Shown one piece after another: positions 54,095 through 64,000 of a stretch of 64,000 nt of DNA. Both the position numbers and the translations under genes were made by a program. Below the pieces are notes generated by a model that had not been told where the DNA came from, made no database searches, and worked only from the letters and a program-made list of their open reading frames with translations. Source of the stretch: Oscillospiraceae bacterium (GTDB lineage: Bacteria; Bacillota; Clostridia; Oscillospirales; SIG627); NCBI GenBank assembly GCA_015065265.1, contig SVQQ01000003.1:3454-67453 (forward strand), given 5' to 3'. Numbering within the stretch: position 1 is the first letter of the stretch; each line of letters begins with the position of its first letter.

Positions 54095-54901
54095 ATGAAA
54101 AAGATTCTTTCTTTAGTGCTCGTAGCAGCAATGCTCGTTATGTGCTTTGCTCTTACTGCATGTAATGAAAAAGAAGATGTTATCGGCGGAGCAGACGATA
54201 AGACAGATATCGTAGTTGATGACAACAAAGACAAAGCAACTCTCAAGATGGCTACAAACGCTTACTTCCAGCCCTATGAATATTATCAGGACGGCGTTAT
54301 TGTAGGTATCGACGCTGAAATTGCAGCGGCAATCGCAGAATATCTCGATATGGAACTCGTTATCGAAGATATGCAATTTGATACAATCATCACCGCAGTT
54401 AAGGGCGGTTCGGTTGACTTCGGTATGGCAGGTATGACCGTTAATGAAGAAAGACTTCTTGAAGTTAACTTCACAAACAGTTATGCTTCAGGCGTACAGG
54501 TTGTTATCGTTAAGGAAGATTCAGCCATCACAACTGTTGACGACCTCTTCGCAGATGACGCTACCTACAAGGCAGGCGTTCAGCTCGGTACAACAGGTGA
54601 TACATATGCAACAGGCGACCTTGGTGCTGACAGAGTTACACAGTACGACAACGCTAACAATGCAGTTCTTGGTCTTATAGGCGGTGACGTTGATTGCGTT
54701 ATCATCGACAACGAACCTGCAAAGGCACTCGTACAGGCTAACGAAGGACTCAAGATTCTTGACACCACTTATGCTGACGAAGACTACGCTATCTGCGTAA
54801 AGAAAGAAAATACCGAACTTCTTGAAAAACTCAACGAAGCAATCGTTGAACTTACCAAGAACGGTAAAATCAGCGAAATTGTTGCAAAATACATTAAGTA
54901 A
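54095..54901 (+). CDS. polar amino acid ABC transporter substrate-binding lipoprotein
   Basis: Lipobox LTAC, ATNAYFQPYEY, GIDAE, VDFGMAGMT and GVQLGTTG motifs. Confidence 0.93.
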   Translation: MKKILSLVLVAAMLVMCFALTACNEKEDVIGGADDKTDIVVDDNKDKATLKMATNAYFQPYEYYQDGVIVGIDAEIAAAIAEYLDMELVIEDMQFDTIITAVKGGSVDFGMAGMTVNEERLLEVNFTNSYASGVQVVIVKEDSAITTVDDLFADDATYKAGVQLGTTGDTYATGDLGADRVTQYDNANNAVLGLIGGDVDCVIIDNEPAKALVQANEGLKILDTTYADEDYAICVKKENTELLEKLNEAIVELTKNGKISEIVAKYIK

Positions 54902-54930
54902 TTAAAGTATAAAATCAATAATTTTGACGC

Positions 54931-54966
54931 AAAAAAATAGGACGGTCTCGGCTTTCCTATTTTTTT
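54931..54966 (+). terminator. hairpin between the SBP and permease genes
   Basis: AAAAATAGGA..TCCTATTTTT. Confidence 0.6.
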
Positions 54967-55006
54967 GTGTCTTGGCATTTTAAAAAAATCAGAAAGGCGA
55001 TTTTCA

Positions 55007-56398
55007 ATGTTAAAGAACAAATTTTTCAGAATATCCCTATTTGTTCTGGCAGGTATATTTATAATTTCGGCAGTATTCGGCGCAGCCCTTTTTATCGAAA
55101 AGCAGTCGAATACCGTAGATACCAAAATCACGATAGAAGAAGCACAGGAAATTGTTGATACACAACTTTCATCACTTCCCAATAACGTTGCCGACTGTGC
55201 GAAATTTCTTTTAGAGAACACATCAGTCAAGGTAAAAGATATTGAATACGGAAACGAAAAAAATATCATTTTGAATTGCGACTATAAAACCCTTGACATT
55301 TATAGCGTTGTTTCAAGTAATATAAACGACCTTCTGAACATAAGCCTTACGGACGAAATAACTGGCAAGGCGAAAAACGCTACTACAATTCAGCTTGAAA
55401 TCAACGACAAACTCTTTTTACTTCTCGAAAACGCCCCTACTCTTTCGGGAGAGGTTCAGATAAATATTTACGAGACCGAAGACAAAGGACTTATCCTTTA
55501 CCTTGACGACAACACCGTCAACACGGTGCTTGGAGGTATCGTTGACGCCAAAAACATCGTAAATAATACAAACTACATAACAGTTAATTCTGAAGAGATT
55601 GACATTTCAAACAAGAATTCGTTAAGACGAGGACTGGAACAGTGCTTCGCTTTAAAAAACTACGATTCCAAAAAGCCCGATACTTCTTCTCCTCTTATTA
55701 AATGGGTAAACAGTCTTGCCGACGAGTTTTACCGCAACTTTATTAAGGAAGCAAGATGGCAGTACCTTGCAAGGGGGCTACGCACCACCCTTTCCATTAC
55801 CTTCCTCTCTCTCGTTTTAGGACTTGTAATCGGCTTTATCGTAGCCATTATCCGTTGCACCTTTGCAAAAACAGGTAAACTTAAAATCCTTGATGCCATT
55901 TGTCGTCTGTACATAACGGTTATGCGCGGAACACCCGTTATGGTACAACTTATGATAATTTTCTTCGTAATTCTTTTACCTATGGGCGTTGAGAAGTTCA
56001 CAGCGGCAGTTCTTTGCTTCGGTATAAACTCGGGAGCATACGTAGCGGAAATTGTCAGAGGCGGAATTATGTCGGTTGACAACGGTCAACTTGAGGCGGG
56101 TAGAAGCCTTGGCTTTAACTACGTTTCTACAATGTGGTACATAGTTATCCCTCAGGCAATAAAGGCAGTACTTCCTGCCCTTGCAAACGAATTTATAGCA
56201 CTACTGAAAGAGACGTCAGTCGCTTTCTATATAGGCGTTGCCGACCTTACTCAAGGCGGACTTAAAATTCGTTCAATAACCTACAGTAACTTTATGCCCC
56301 TTATTGCAATAGGACTTATATATCTTGTACTGGTACTCGGTCTTTCCTACCTTGTATCCTTGCTTGAAAGGAGGCTGAATAAGAGTGATAGAGGTTAA
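55007..56398 (+). CDS. amino acid ABC permease with a ~240 aa extra N-terminal domain
   Basis: C-terminal HisM/GlnP domain ([36 protein letters not shown]) preceded by a TM and a soluble region. Confidence 0.9.
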   Translation: MLKNKFFRISLFVLAGIFIISAVFGAALFIEKQSNTVDTKITIEEAQEIVDTQLSSLPNNVADCAKFLLENTSVKVKDIEYGNEKNIILNCDYKTLDIYSVVSSNINDLLNISLTDEITGKAKNATTIQLEINDKLFLLLENAPTLSGEVQINIYETEDKGLILYLDDNTVNTVLGGIVDAKNIVNNTNYITVNSEEIDISNKNSLRRGLEQCFALKNYDSKKPDTSSPLIKWVNSLADEFYRNFIKEARWQYLARGLRTTLSITFLSLVLGLVIGFIVAIIRCTFAKTGKLKILDAICRLYITVMRGTPVMVQLMIIFFVILLPMGVEKFTAAVLCFGINSGAYVAEIVRGGIMSVDNGQLEAGRSLGFNYVSTMWYIVIPQAIKAVLPALANEFIALLKETSVAFYIGVADLTQGGLKIRSITYSNFMPLIAIGLIYLVLVLGLSYLVSLLERRLNKSDRG

Positions 56399-57119
56399 AA
56401 ATCTTGTAAAAAATTTCGGCAAGAACGGTGAAATAAAAGTTCTTCGCGGAATAGATATTAAAATTGAAAAAGGCGAAAAAGTAGTAGTTATCGGACCATC
56501 AGGTGGCGGAAAGAGCACCTTCCTTCGTTGCCTTAATATGCTTGAAATTCCAAGTGAGGGCGAAATCTACTTTGACGGAAAGAAAGTTGACCACAAGAAA
56601 CGTGAAATCAATAAAATCCGTCAGAAAATGGGAATGGTTTTCCAGCACTTTAACCTTTTCCCACACCTTACAATTCTCGATAACATTACTATTGCTCCCA
56701 TAAAACTCGGACTTATGAATAAGAAGGACGCAGAAAAAAGAGCATATGAACTTCTTGAAAGAATAGGACTTCGTGACAAGGCAGAAGCCTTCCCATCGCA
56801 ACTGTCAGGCGGACAAAAGCAGAGAATTGCCATAGTCCGCGCCCTTGCTATGAACCCAGAAGTTCTTCTTTTCGACGAACCTACCTCTGCCCTTGATCCC
56901 GAAATGGTAGGCGAAGTTCTCGAACTTATGAAGCAACTTGCAAGTGAAGGAATGACAATGGTTGTAGTAACTCACGAAATGGGCTTTGCAAAAGAAGTTG
57001 GCTCAAGAATGCTCTTTATCGATAACGGAATTATCGCCGAAGAAGCACCCCCCGAAGAGTTCTTTAAAAATCCCAAAAACCCAAGACTTAAAGACTTCCT
57101 TTCAAAAGTTCTTCAATAA
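56385..57119 (+). CDS. amino acid ABC transporter ATP-binding protein (GlnQ family)
   Basis: [17 protein letters not shown] and [12 protein letters not shown] motifs. Confidence 0.95.
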   Translation: MIEVKNLVKNFGKNGEIKVLRGIDIKIEKGEKVVVIGPSGGGKSTFLRCLNMLEIPSEGEIYFDGKKVDHKKREINKIRQKMGMVFQHFNLFPHLTILDNITIAPIKLGLMNKKDAEKRAYELLERIGLRDKAEAFPSQLSGGQKQRIAIVRALAMNPEVLLFDEPTSALDPEMVGEVLELMKQLASEGMTMVVVTHEMGFAKEVGSRMLFIDNGIIAEEAPPEEFFKNPKNPRLKDFLSKVLQ

Positions 57120-57130
57120 GGGAGCACAAT

Positions 57131-57463
57131 ATGGGATTTCTCTCAAGATTTATTAAAGCAAAACCGGGCTCAAAAGCATATAAACTTGAAATGGCAGAAA
57201 AGTTCAATAACCTAATTATTGACTCCGCCACCGAGCGTATTGACAATGAGGAAATACTCATTGGAAAAAAAGGCTCAATTTCAATAAAGGATAAAACTTT
57301 TATCGTCTGCTGTGAAGGAAAAACTGTCTTTCACGGAAGGGCAGACGAGATTAACGTGTCCGAACTTATGAGCAAAAACGGGATTATCATCAGCGGTTAC
57401 GATGATGAAAGGGAAGAAGACAGAACCATTGTCGCCCACTTCTCTTATTATAGGAAGTTGTGA
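57131..57463 (+). CDS. hypothetical protein
   Basis: 110 aa ORF with an AAGGGAG RBS and host-like codon usage. Confidence 0.65.
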   Translation: MGFLSRFIKAKPGSKAYKLEMAEKFNNLIIDSATERIDNEEILIGKKGSISIKDKTFIVCCEGKTVFHGRADEINVSELMSKNGIIISGYDDEREEDRTIVAHFSYYRKL

Positions 57464-57467
57464 TTTG

Positions 57468-57850
57468 TGTTTTTGGTTAAAACCGAAATGAAATGATGTT
57501 ATAAGAATCAGGTAAAGCGTAGTCTTAAAAGCAGACTATGCTTTATTTATTATACTGTGCATATTGTAAATGCAGAGTGCAGAATGCAGAATGCAGAATT
57601 AAGGAACAAATGCTTTGCATTTGAGTTGATTTTTATACATTTAGCGGATTTTCCGCTAAACTAATATAAATGAAGATTTGCAAAGCAAATCATCCGTAAT
57701 TCAGCATTCAGCACTCATCATTCTGCATTCTGAACTATATTAGCGATTTTTCCTCAAAAACACATTCTCTCTTCAGGCTGTGTGTTGAAGTTTTGTTTTT
57801 GGTTAAAACCGAAATGAAAAAAATGTAGTCTTTTTCAAGACTACATTTTT
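57468..57850. repeat. heptamer-flanked palindromic element between 26-bp direct repeats
   Basis: TGTTTTTGGTTAAAACCGAAATGAAA at 57468-57493 and 57794-57819. (N)TGCAGA x4 at 57570-57597 is mirrored by ATTC(A/T)GC-like heptamers at ~57698-57735. Confidence 0.75.
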
Positions 57851-58816
57851 TTATTTAAAACTTCCGTAGTATATTTTTTCACCGTCTTGGGTAACCCACA
57901 TAACTCCGATATTGTCGAAGTTTTCGAGAATTTCTTTTCCCTCTTCAACGCTCATACAAAAGAGTGCAGTGGACAGGGCGTCAGCTAAAGCACCGTTTTC
58001 ATATAGAACGGACACCGAGGAATAGAGGGTTGCAGGGTAAAGGGTATCGGGGGAAATTATGTGGTGATACTTTACGCCGTCATACTCAAAAAACCTCTGA
58101 TAACTACCACTTGTAACAAGGCAGGAATCTTTTACCGAGATTGTGTGGGCAAGACCGTCCTCATCTTCGGGGGACTGAACGCCCACAAGCCAACCGTCCC
58201 CGTCTTTGTCACCTAAAACTACTACGTTACCGCCGAGATTTATCAATAGATTTGTAAATCCGCTCTCTTGTAGCCTTTCTCTTAGAACGTCCGAAACGTA
58301 CCCCTTGGCAATAGCCCCCATATCAAGAGAAATGTTTTCGTCAAGGAAGACAACACCAAAATTTTCTTCAAGACTTACTTTTTCAATATCGGTGTGTAGG
58401 GACTTTTCATATAAGTCATCATAAGAGGGAAGATAGGGAATTTCCGACTCTCTTGCATTATGCCACAGGGAGAGTACCGACCCCAAAGCCACGTTGCAGT
58501 AACCATTTGTAAGTCTTTCTACCTCTTTTGAAAAAAGGATAGCATCATAAAGGGCGGGGGAAACGGTCAAAGACTTTTCTTCATTTAGTTTTTTAAGTTC
58601 CCCGTCGTCGTAAATATCGAAAACTCCGTCATAGTATCCCAGAGTATCTTCTATAATTTTACAGGCGTTGTTGAAATCTTCTGCGTTTTCAAAATAACCG
58701 TCAACACTTATTACGGTATCAAAATAGTTAAAGTAGTGAGTAGAAAACCTTGTCTCACCGCAGGAAGTTAAAAAGAGAAGCGCCAAAAGAGACAAGAAAA
58801 GAGAAATTTTCTTCAT
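57851..58816 (-). CDS. apbE: FAD:protein FMN transferase (ApbE)
   Basis: Lipobox LTSC, YFDTVI, DMGAIAKGY, NLGGN, TSGSYQR, HHIISP and ADALSTA motifs. Confidence 0.93.
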   Translation of the reverse strand: MKKISLFLSLLALLFLTSCGETRFSTHYFNYFDTVISVDGYFENAEDFNNACKIIEDTLGYYDGVFDIYDDGELKKLNEEKSLTVSPALYDAILFSKEVERLTNGYCNVALGSVLSLWHNARESEIPYLPSYDDLYEKSLHTDIEKVSLEENFGVVFLDENISLDMGAIAKGYVSDVLRERLQESGFTNLLINLGGNVVVLGDKDGDGWLVGVQSPEDEDGLAHTISVKDSCLVTSGSYQRFFEYDGVKYHHIISPDTLYPATLYSSVSVLYENGALADALSTALFCMSVEEGKEILENFDNIGVMWVTQDGEKIYYGSFK

Positions 58817-59322
58817 CGTTCTTTCCCCCACAGTTTAAAAAATGGACCTTCAACAGCACGTAACAAAATAGCGTTAAGTACCCCGAAGATAAGTCCTGAA
58901 ATTACAAGGACAGGCAGATAGGGCAGAAGGGAAGTTGGAGAATATACAAAACTCACCACCAAAAACTGTCCAAGGTTGTGAGTAAGTGCTGAGAAAACGC
59001 TGACAACCGACAGAGATACGTTTTTAAAAATAGAGGTTATTATTATCATAACAAGAATAGAAGAAATGCCCCCCACAAGACTTAAAACCGATGCCATAAC
59101 ACCCCTTGTCAAAAGCACGAAAAGGGATTTTAATACACCTACCTCAAGGGCGGTTTTTTTGTCTATAAAAAACAGGGCAAACATAACCGCAACGTTAGAA
59201 AGCCCCATTTTTATTCCGGGAAATTGCGGTATTATCACAAAACTCGACTCCACGAAATTAAGCACGAGAGCAATAGCAAAGAGCAGGGAGGTCAGAGTGA
59301 CAGTTCTTACTTTTTTATTCAT
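58813..59322 (-). CDS. Gx transporter family protein (heptaprenyl diphosphate synthase component I-like)
   Basis: PGIKMGLSN, SLVGGI and ALTHNLGQ motifs. Confidence 0.85.
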   Translation of the reverse strand: MNKKVRTVTLTSLLFAIALVLNFVESSFVIIPQFPGIKMGLSNVAVMFALFFIDKKTALEVGVLKSLFVLLTRGVMASVLSLVGGISSILVMIIITSIFKNVSLSVVSVFSALTHNLGQFLVVSFVYSPTSLLPYLPVLVISGLIFGVLNAILLRAVEGPFFKLWGKER

Positions 59323-59323
59323 A

Positions 59324-59680
59324 TTAACTTACTGTGTCGGCACTTTTTTTCTTGCCTGTAATCTTAATTACAGTTTCATTAGGTAAGCACGCCGCCCATT
59401 CTCCTTCCTTGGAGAGTTTGCCTGTGTTTATACACACCTTGTCGGGACAGTCGGAGTGCGAGAAAAATGCACTTTCCCCATTCCCCTTAATTGTAACGTC
59501 AAAGTCAAGTTCAAGTTCAAAAGGCTTTTCAAGAGGGAAACTTTGGTACATCTCCCCCTGAACCCACACTTCAACCATTTCTCCCTTGTTATTAGATTTT
59601 AATAAAAAGAAAACAAGAGCAAGAAACAAAAGTACTACAAAAACTGCAATATCAGAAACTTTAAACAGTCGTCTTTTCAT
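59324..59680 (-). CDS. NusG domain II-containing protein
   Basis: N-terminal TM, SDCPDKVC and ACLPN motifs. Confidence 0.85.
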   Translation of the reverse strand: MKRRLFKVSDIAVFVVLLFLALVFFLLKSNNKGEMVEVWVQGEMYQSFPLEKPFELELDFDVTIKGNGESAFFSHSDCPDKVCINTGKLSKEGEWAACLPNETVIKITGKKKSADTVS

Positions 59681-59805
59681 CTTGCCCTCCTAAAAAATTA
59701 CTAATAAAAGTATATAACATTTAACCTACATCGTCAAGTTTTTTTGACAAAAGCATAATTATGTAATATAATGTGTACGGTACAAATTCAAAAACGGAGG
59801 TAAAT

Positions 59806-60618
59806 ATGGCAACAAACGTTTTTCTTGCCTTTATAGTAGGAATAATTGAAGGTATTACCGAGTGGCTGCCAATAAGCAGTACAGGTCATATGATTCTCTT
59901 TCAGGAGTTCTTCCCAATGAAAGTTTCCGCATCTTTTTGGGAAATGTTCCTTGTAGTAATTCAACTTGGTGCAGTTCTGTCGGTAGTTATGATTTACTTT
60001 AAAAAACTGTTCCCATTTTCCTTAAAAAAAGGGGAGGACTTCATAAAAAAAGATATCTTTTCCCTTTGGATTAAAATTATAGTGTCCTGCCTTCCTGCCG
60101 CAGTTATCGGCATACTTTTTGAGGACACCTTCGACCGACTTTTCTATAATTCCCGCTCTGTATCTATTGCCCTTATTGTTTTCGGAATTCTCTTTATAGC
60201 AGTAGAAATGTTAAATAAGAAAAGTGCAAAGATAAACTCAATTTCGGAAATCACATACAATACCGCAATTCTTATAGGAATTTTCCAAGTCCTTGCCGCA
60301 GTATTTCCAGGAGTTTCAAGGTCAGGAGCGACAATTCTCGGAGCAATAATTATTGGAGTGTCAAGAACCGTTGCCGCAGAATACACCTTCTTCCTAGCTG
60401 TACCCGTTATGGCAGGAGCGAGCCTCCTGAAAATTGTGAAGTTTGGCTTTGATTTTTCACTTGAGGAAGTTGTAATTCTTATAGTTGGAATGGTCACCGC
60501 ATTTTTGGTGTCCGTTCTTGCAATCAAATTCCTTGTGGGCTACGTTAAAAAACACGACTTTAAAGTCTTTGGTATATACCGAATAATTCTTGGAATTTTA
60601 GTGCTTCTTTTACTATAA
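59806..60618 (+). CDS. uppP: undecaprenyl-diphosphate phosphatase
   Basis: EGITEWLPISSTGH, IQLGA and PGVSRSGATI motifs. Confidence 0.95.
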   Translation: MATNVFLAFIVGIIEGITEWLPISSTGHMILFQEFFPMKVSASFWEMFLVVIQLGAVLSVVMIYFKKLFPFSLKKGEDFIKKDIFSLWIKIIVSCLPAAVIGILFEDTFDRLFYNSRSVSIALIVFGILFIAVEMLNKKSAKINSISEITYNTAILIGIFQVLAAVFPGVSRSGATILGAIIIGVSRTVAAEYTFFLAVPVMAGASLLKIVKFGFDFSLEEVVILIVGMVTAFLVSVLAIKFLVGYVKKHDFKVFGIYRIILGILVLLLL

Positions 60619-60676
60619 AAAATAGTTGATTTTTAAATAAAAAAGTTGTATAATCTCACTTGAAGGAGTGATTGTT

Positions 60677-61231
60677 TTGAAATACTATCCTATGAATATT
60701 GCAGGAGTTGACAGAAAACTCCCTATCTGCCGTGTGAACGACGATTTATATATAGGAGCTTTTGTAATATTCGGCGACGCGGAACTTACAGTTGCCGCAG
60801 CAAAAGCCTTGCTTGAAAGAGCGCCCGAATACGATTATATTATTACCGCAGAAGCCAAAGGAATACCTCTTGTTCACGAAATGGCACGTCAGGCAGGGGA
60901 CGAAAAATACATATTGGCAAGAAAGAACCCCAAACTTTATATGACAGGCGTCTTCGAAGTCAACGTAAATTCCATCACCACCGAGAAACAGCAAAAACTG
61001 TATCTTGACGTGGAAGATGCAAGCCTTATGAAAGATAAAAAGATTCTCATTGTCGACGACGTAATATCCACAGGAGAATCCCTTCACGCTATTGAAACTC
61101 TTGTAGAAAAGGCAGGAGGCAACATCTGTGGCAGAATGGCAATCCTTGCCGAAGGAGATGCCGCTGACAGAAAAGACATAATATATCTTGAAAAACTTCC
61201 TCTTTTCAATGCCGACGGTAGCATAAAATAA
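60677..61231 (+). CDS. phosphoribosyltransferase family protein (adenine PRT-like)
   Basis: TAEAKGI, ARK and VDDVISTGES PRPP-binding motifs. TTG start inferred from RBS spacing. Confidence 0.85.
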   Translation: MKYYPMNIAGVDRKLPICRVNDDLYIGAFVIFGDAELTVAAAKALLERAPEYDYIITAEAKGIPLVHEMARQAGDEKYILARKNPKLYMTGVFEVNVNSITTEKQQKLYLDVEDASLMKDKKILIVDDVISTGESLHAIETLVEKAGGNICGRMAILAEGDAADRKDIIYLEKLPLFNADGSIK

Positions 61232-61296
61232 TATGGAAACCAAGAAGCGAGTGTAAACTCGCTTCTTTCGTTATATTACAAAATTTGAACTTTTTC

Positions 61297-61325
61297 TTGA
61301 CAAATCGACAACAGGGTGTTAATAT
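61297..61325 (+). promoter_or_regulatory. sigmaA promoter
   Basis: TTGACA-17-TAATAT with a TGn extension. Confidence 0.8.
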
Positions 61326-61334
61326 TAGCTTAGT

Positions 61335-61497
61335 GATAGAGGTGCGACGATTATAAGTAATTTCCCACACGTGCAAAGGAGCAGGGTAATGAAAGGAATC
61401 GCCGCCGAAATCCGAAAAATATCCTTGAACTGTTTTTCGGGTTGGTTGACTTGTAGAATATGCAGTCGACTGTCACAATTATTTGTGGAGTGCTATC
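61335..61497 (+). promoter_or_regulatory. lysine riboswitch (L-box)
   Basis: GATAGAGGTGCG..AGTA..GAAAGG..CGCCGAA..CTGTCAC..GTGGAGTGCTATC; P1 is GATAG/CTATC. Confidence 0.9.
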
Positions 61498-61565
61498 TTT
61501 TGTGACTTTTTTGTCGTGGGTGATAGTACCCATGACATTTTTTATTTTTTTAGGAGGATTTTTCT

Positions 61566-63071
61566 ATGTTTGAAGCAACAATCTGGTCGCTTTTGCCCCC
61601 TGTTATTGCTATTGCTTTGGCACTTATAACAAAAGAAGTTTTCTCTTCTCTGTTTATAGGTATTTTAGCGGGTGGTCTCATGTTTGCAAACTTCAATCCC
61701 GTAAAAACTATTGACGCGGTAGTTAATGAAGGCGTAATTGCCGCAGTTTCCGATACAGCAGGTATTTTCGTATTCCTTGTTGTACTTGGAGTTATGGTAG
61801 CCCTCATCAATAAGTCGGGCGGTTCTGCCGCTTTTGGTAGATGGGCGGAAACCCATGTTAAAACAAAAGTAGGTGCAGCTCTTGCAACCTTTGCTCTCGG
61901 CATTCTCATTTTCATCGACGACTATTTTAACTGTCTTACAGTTGGTTCAGTAATGCGCCCCGTAACCGATGCTCACAAGATTTCAAGAGTAAAACTCGCA
62001 TATCTTATCGATGCTACAGCAGCACCTATTTGTATGATTGCCCCCATCTCATCTTGGGCAGCAGCAGTTTCCGAATACGTTGCAGACGGACAGGGCCTTA
62101 CATACTTCATTAAGGCAATTCCCTATAACTTCTATTCACTTCTTACCCTCGTGTTCATCATAACTATCACAGTTATAGGCTTTGACTTCGGAAAAATGTC
62201 AGAATACGAAATCAAGGCACAACAGGGCGATATCGTAGGTGATACAAGTAACCTTTCCAAGTCAGAAAAACTTGAAGTAAACGAAAAGGGAATAGTATTC
62301 GACCTCATTTTCCCCATTATCGTTCTTATCATAACTTGTGTTACAGCCCTTCTGTACGTTGGCGGATTCTTCCCCGGCGGAGACTATACCTGGGACCTTA
62401 TCGGTGCATTTGGTAACACCGATGCAACAGTAGGACTTCCCATGGGCTCACTTGTAGCACTTGTTGTAACAATCATCTACCTTCTCCTTCGTAGAGTCGT
62501 TACCTTCAAAAAGGCTATGGAAGCCATTCCTCAGGGCTTTATCGCAATGGTACCCGCAATACTTATCCTCACCCTTGCAACTGCCCTTAAGAATATGACA
62601 GGACTTCTTGACGCATCTTCATACGTAAAGGGAATTCTTGCAAATGCAGGTGCTCTTGAATATTTCCTTCCCGTAATAGTATTCCTTGTTGCATGCTTCC
62701 TTGCATTCTCAACAGGAACCTCTTGGGGAACATTTGGAATTCTCATTCCTATCGTTTCAGAAGCAATCGGACTTGACTCGGAACTTGGAGTAATCGCAAT
62801 GTCCGCTTGTCTTGCAGGTTCAGTTTTCGGAGACCACTGCTCACCCATTTCGGACACAACAATTATGTCTTCCGCAGGTGCAGAGTGTAACCACATCGCA
62901 CACGTTTCAACACAGATTCCTTACGCTTCGACCGTTGCTGCCGTTTCCGCGGTATCATACATCATCGCAGGTTTCGTGAGAAACGCTCTCATCGTTCTTC
63001 CTATTGCAATAGTGCTTATGTTCGCAACCATTTTCACTTTAAAGGTTGTAACTGCAAAGAAAGCAAAATAA
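61566..63071 (+). CDS. NhaC-family Na+/H+ antiporter-like protein, probable lysine transporter (LysW type)
   Basis: FIDDYFN, IDATAAP, GTSWGTFG and GDHCSPISDTT motifs. Lies under a lysine riboswitch. Confidence 0.88.
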   Translation: MFEATIWSLLPPVIAIALALITKEVFSSLFIGILAGGLMFANFNPVKTIDAVVNEGVIAAVSDTAGIFVFLVVLGVMVALINKSGGSAAFGRWAETHVKTKVGAALATFALGILIFIDDYFNCLTVGSVMRPVTDAHKISRVKLAYLIDATAAPICMIAPISSWAAAVSEYVADGQGLTYFIKAIPYNFYSLLTLVFIITITVIGFDFGKMSEYEIKAQQGDIVGDTSNLSKSEKLEVNEKGIVFDLIFPIIVLIITCVTALLYVGGFFPGGDYTWDLIGAFGNTDATVGLPMGSLVALVVTIIYLLLRRVVTFKKAMEAIPQGFIAMVPAILILTLATALKNMTGLLDASSYVKGILANAGALEYFLPVIVFLVACFLAFSTGTSWGTFGILIPIVSEAIGLDSELGVIAMSACLAGSVFGDHCSPISDTTIMSSAGAECNHIAHVSTQIPYASTVAAVSAVSYIIAGFVRNALIVLPIAIVLMFATIFTLKVVTAKKAK

Positions 63072-63085
63072 GAAACTAAAAAATA

Positions 63086-63122
63086 AAAAAGGAGTTGTTT
63101 GATAAAAACAACTCCTTTTTTG
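63086..63122 (+). terminator. intrinsic terminator
   Basis: AAAAGGAGTTGTTT..AAACAACTCCTTTT. Confidence 0.85.
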
Positions 63123-63185
63123 TCTTGCAAAGTTCTTTAATATATATTATAATATTATAAATATACTTATTTTTTAGAGGTAGAT

Positions 63186-64000
63186 ATGGTAAATACAGTT
63201 TATACAGTGGCAATGTGGGGAATAGACGGTTTTGAAGTCAGCGTTGAATGTAACGTAGAAAGAGGACTTCCCGAAATTTCTGTTATAGGACTTCCCGATG
63301 CCTCGGTTAAAGAAGCCACCGATAGAATACGTTCGGTTGCCACAAATAACTCCCTGCCCTTCATAAAAGGGCGCACCACTATAAACCTTGCCCCCGCCGA
63401 CAAAAAGAAAATAGGTTCTTATTACGACCTTGCCATATTCATTTCACTTCTTAAACATTCGGTTATAGAAAACGTATTCACCGACGATGCAGTCTTTATC
63501 GGAGAACTGTCTCTTGCAGGAGATTTAAGAGCAGTATCAGGCGCTCTGCCTATGTGCCTTGCGGCAAGAGATGCAGGAAAGAAAAGAATATTCCTGCCAT
63601 ATCAGAACGTCTTTGAAGCATCTGTTGTAAAAGGCATGGAAATCTACGGAGTTAAGAACATAACCGAACTTATCTCCCACCTTAAAGGCGAAGAACTTAT
63701 AACTCCCGTCACCTATAACGAAAGCCTTGTGGAAACGAGAAACTCGCCCATAATCGATTTTGCCGACATCAAAGGTCAGGAAAAAGCCAAAAGGGCTATG
63801 GAAATTGCCGCCGCTGGTAACCATAACGTTCTTCTTATAGGCCCTCCAGGTTCGGGAAAAAGTATGCTTTCAAAAGCGCTGATAGGTATTCTTCCCGATA
63901 TGACCTACGACGAGATAATCGATGCAACGAAAGTCCATTCCGTCACAGGTAACCTTTCTGAAAAAACACCTGTAATAAACACCCGTCCTTTCCGTTCACC
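63186..64000 (+). CDS. YifB/ComM family Mg-chelatase-like AAA ATPase, 5' part (runs off the window)
   Basis: [72 protein letters not shown]. Not in the ORF track because it has no stop codon in the window. Confidence 0.92.
   Translation, partial: MVNTVYTVAMWGIDGFEVSVECNVERGLPEISVIGLPDASVKEATDRIRSVATNNSLPFIKGRTTINLAPADKKKIGSYYDLAIFISLLKHSVIENVFTDDAVFIGELSLAGDLRAVSGALPMCLAARDAGKKRIFLPYQNVFEASVVKGMEIYGVKNITELISHLKGEELITPVTYNESLVETRNSPIIDFADIKGQEKAKRAMEIAAAGNHNVLLIGPPGSGKSMLSKALIGILPDMTYDEIIDATKVHSVTGNLSEKTPVINTRPFRS

Noticed and set aside
57851-59680. NusG-II, Gx transporter and ApbE trio as a novel system
   Set aside because: This is an already described flavinylation-associated cluster that commonly accompanies Rnf.
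61335-63071. Lysine riboswitch ahead of a 'Na+/H+ antiporter' as an anomaly
   Set aside because: Known arrangement; NhaC-family lysine transporters (LysW type) are regulated this way.
1-64000. Prophage, ICE, IS transposase, or stop-codon reassignment
   Set aside because: No phage, conjugation, integrase or transposase motifs were found. Conserved genes end at TAA, TAG and TGA where expected.

Overview
A 64 kb chromosomal segment from a spore-forming, anaerobic Clostridia-type (Bacillota) genome. Evidence: spoVFAB, yunB, spoVG, the Rnf complex, T-box leaders, a lysine riboswitch and sigmaA promoters. Most genes are core metabolism. The main signal is a pair of parallel operons, each behind a T-box whose specifier codon can be read from the sequence. 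(1) A Tyr (UAC) T-box precedes a Na+:solute symporter, an acyl-CoA synthetase and iorAB. (2) A Val (GUA) T-box precedes an XRE-cupin/acyl-CoA synthetase fusion, an uncharacterised P-loop protein, a four-subunit Vor-type 2-oxoacid:ferredoxin oxidoreductase and ilvE. T-boxes switch on during amino-acid starvation, so both operons read as biosynthetic salvage routes. The inferred chemistry is activation of fermentation acids (aryl-acetates, branched short-chain acids) followed by reductive carboxylation to amino acids. Other notable items: an integrase-less restriction-modification mini-island at tRNA-Val bounded by a 23-bp att repeat; two related multi-hairpin elements beside it, one supplying the -35 box of a MATE pump promoter; an unrecognised structured leader with a terminator ahead of a WG-repeat lipoprotein; a candidate sRNA; a four-gene operon with a His-less E2-like acyltransferase; a CapA-like pseudoenzyme; and a frameshifted lipoprotein gene in an ECF-sigma/MBOAT/DHHW operon. 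No CRISPR array, prophage, integrase or transposase was seen. All assignments come from motif reading by eye; no database searches were run.
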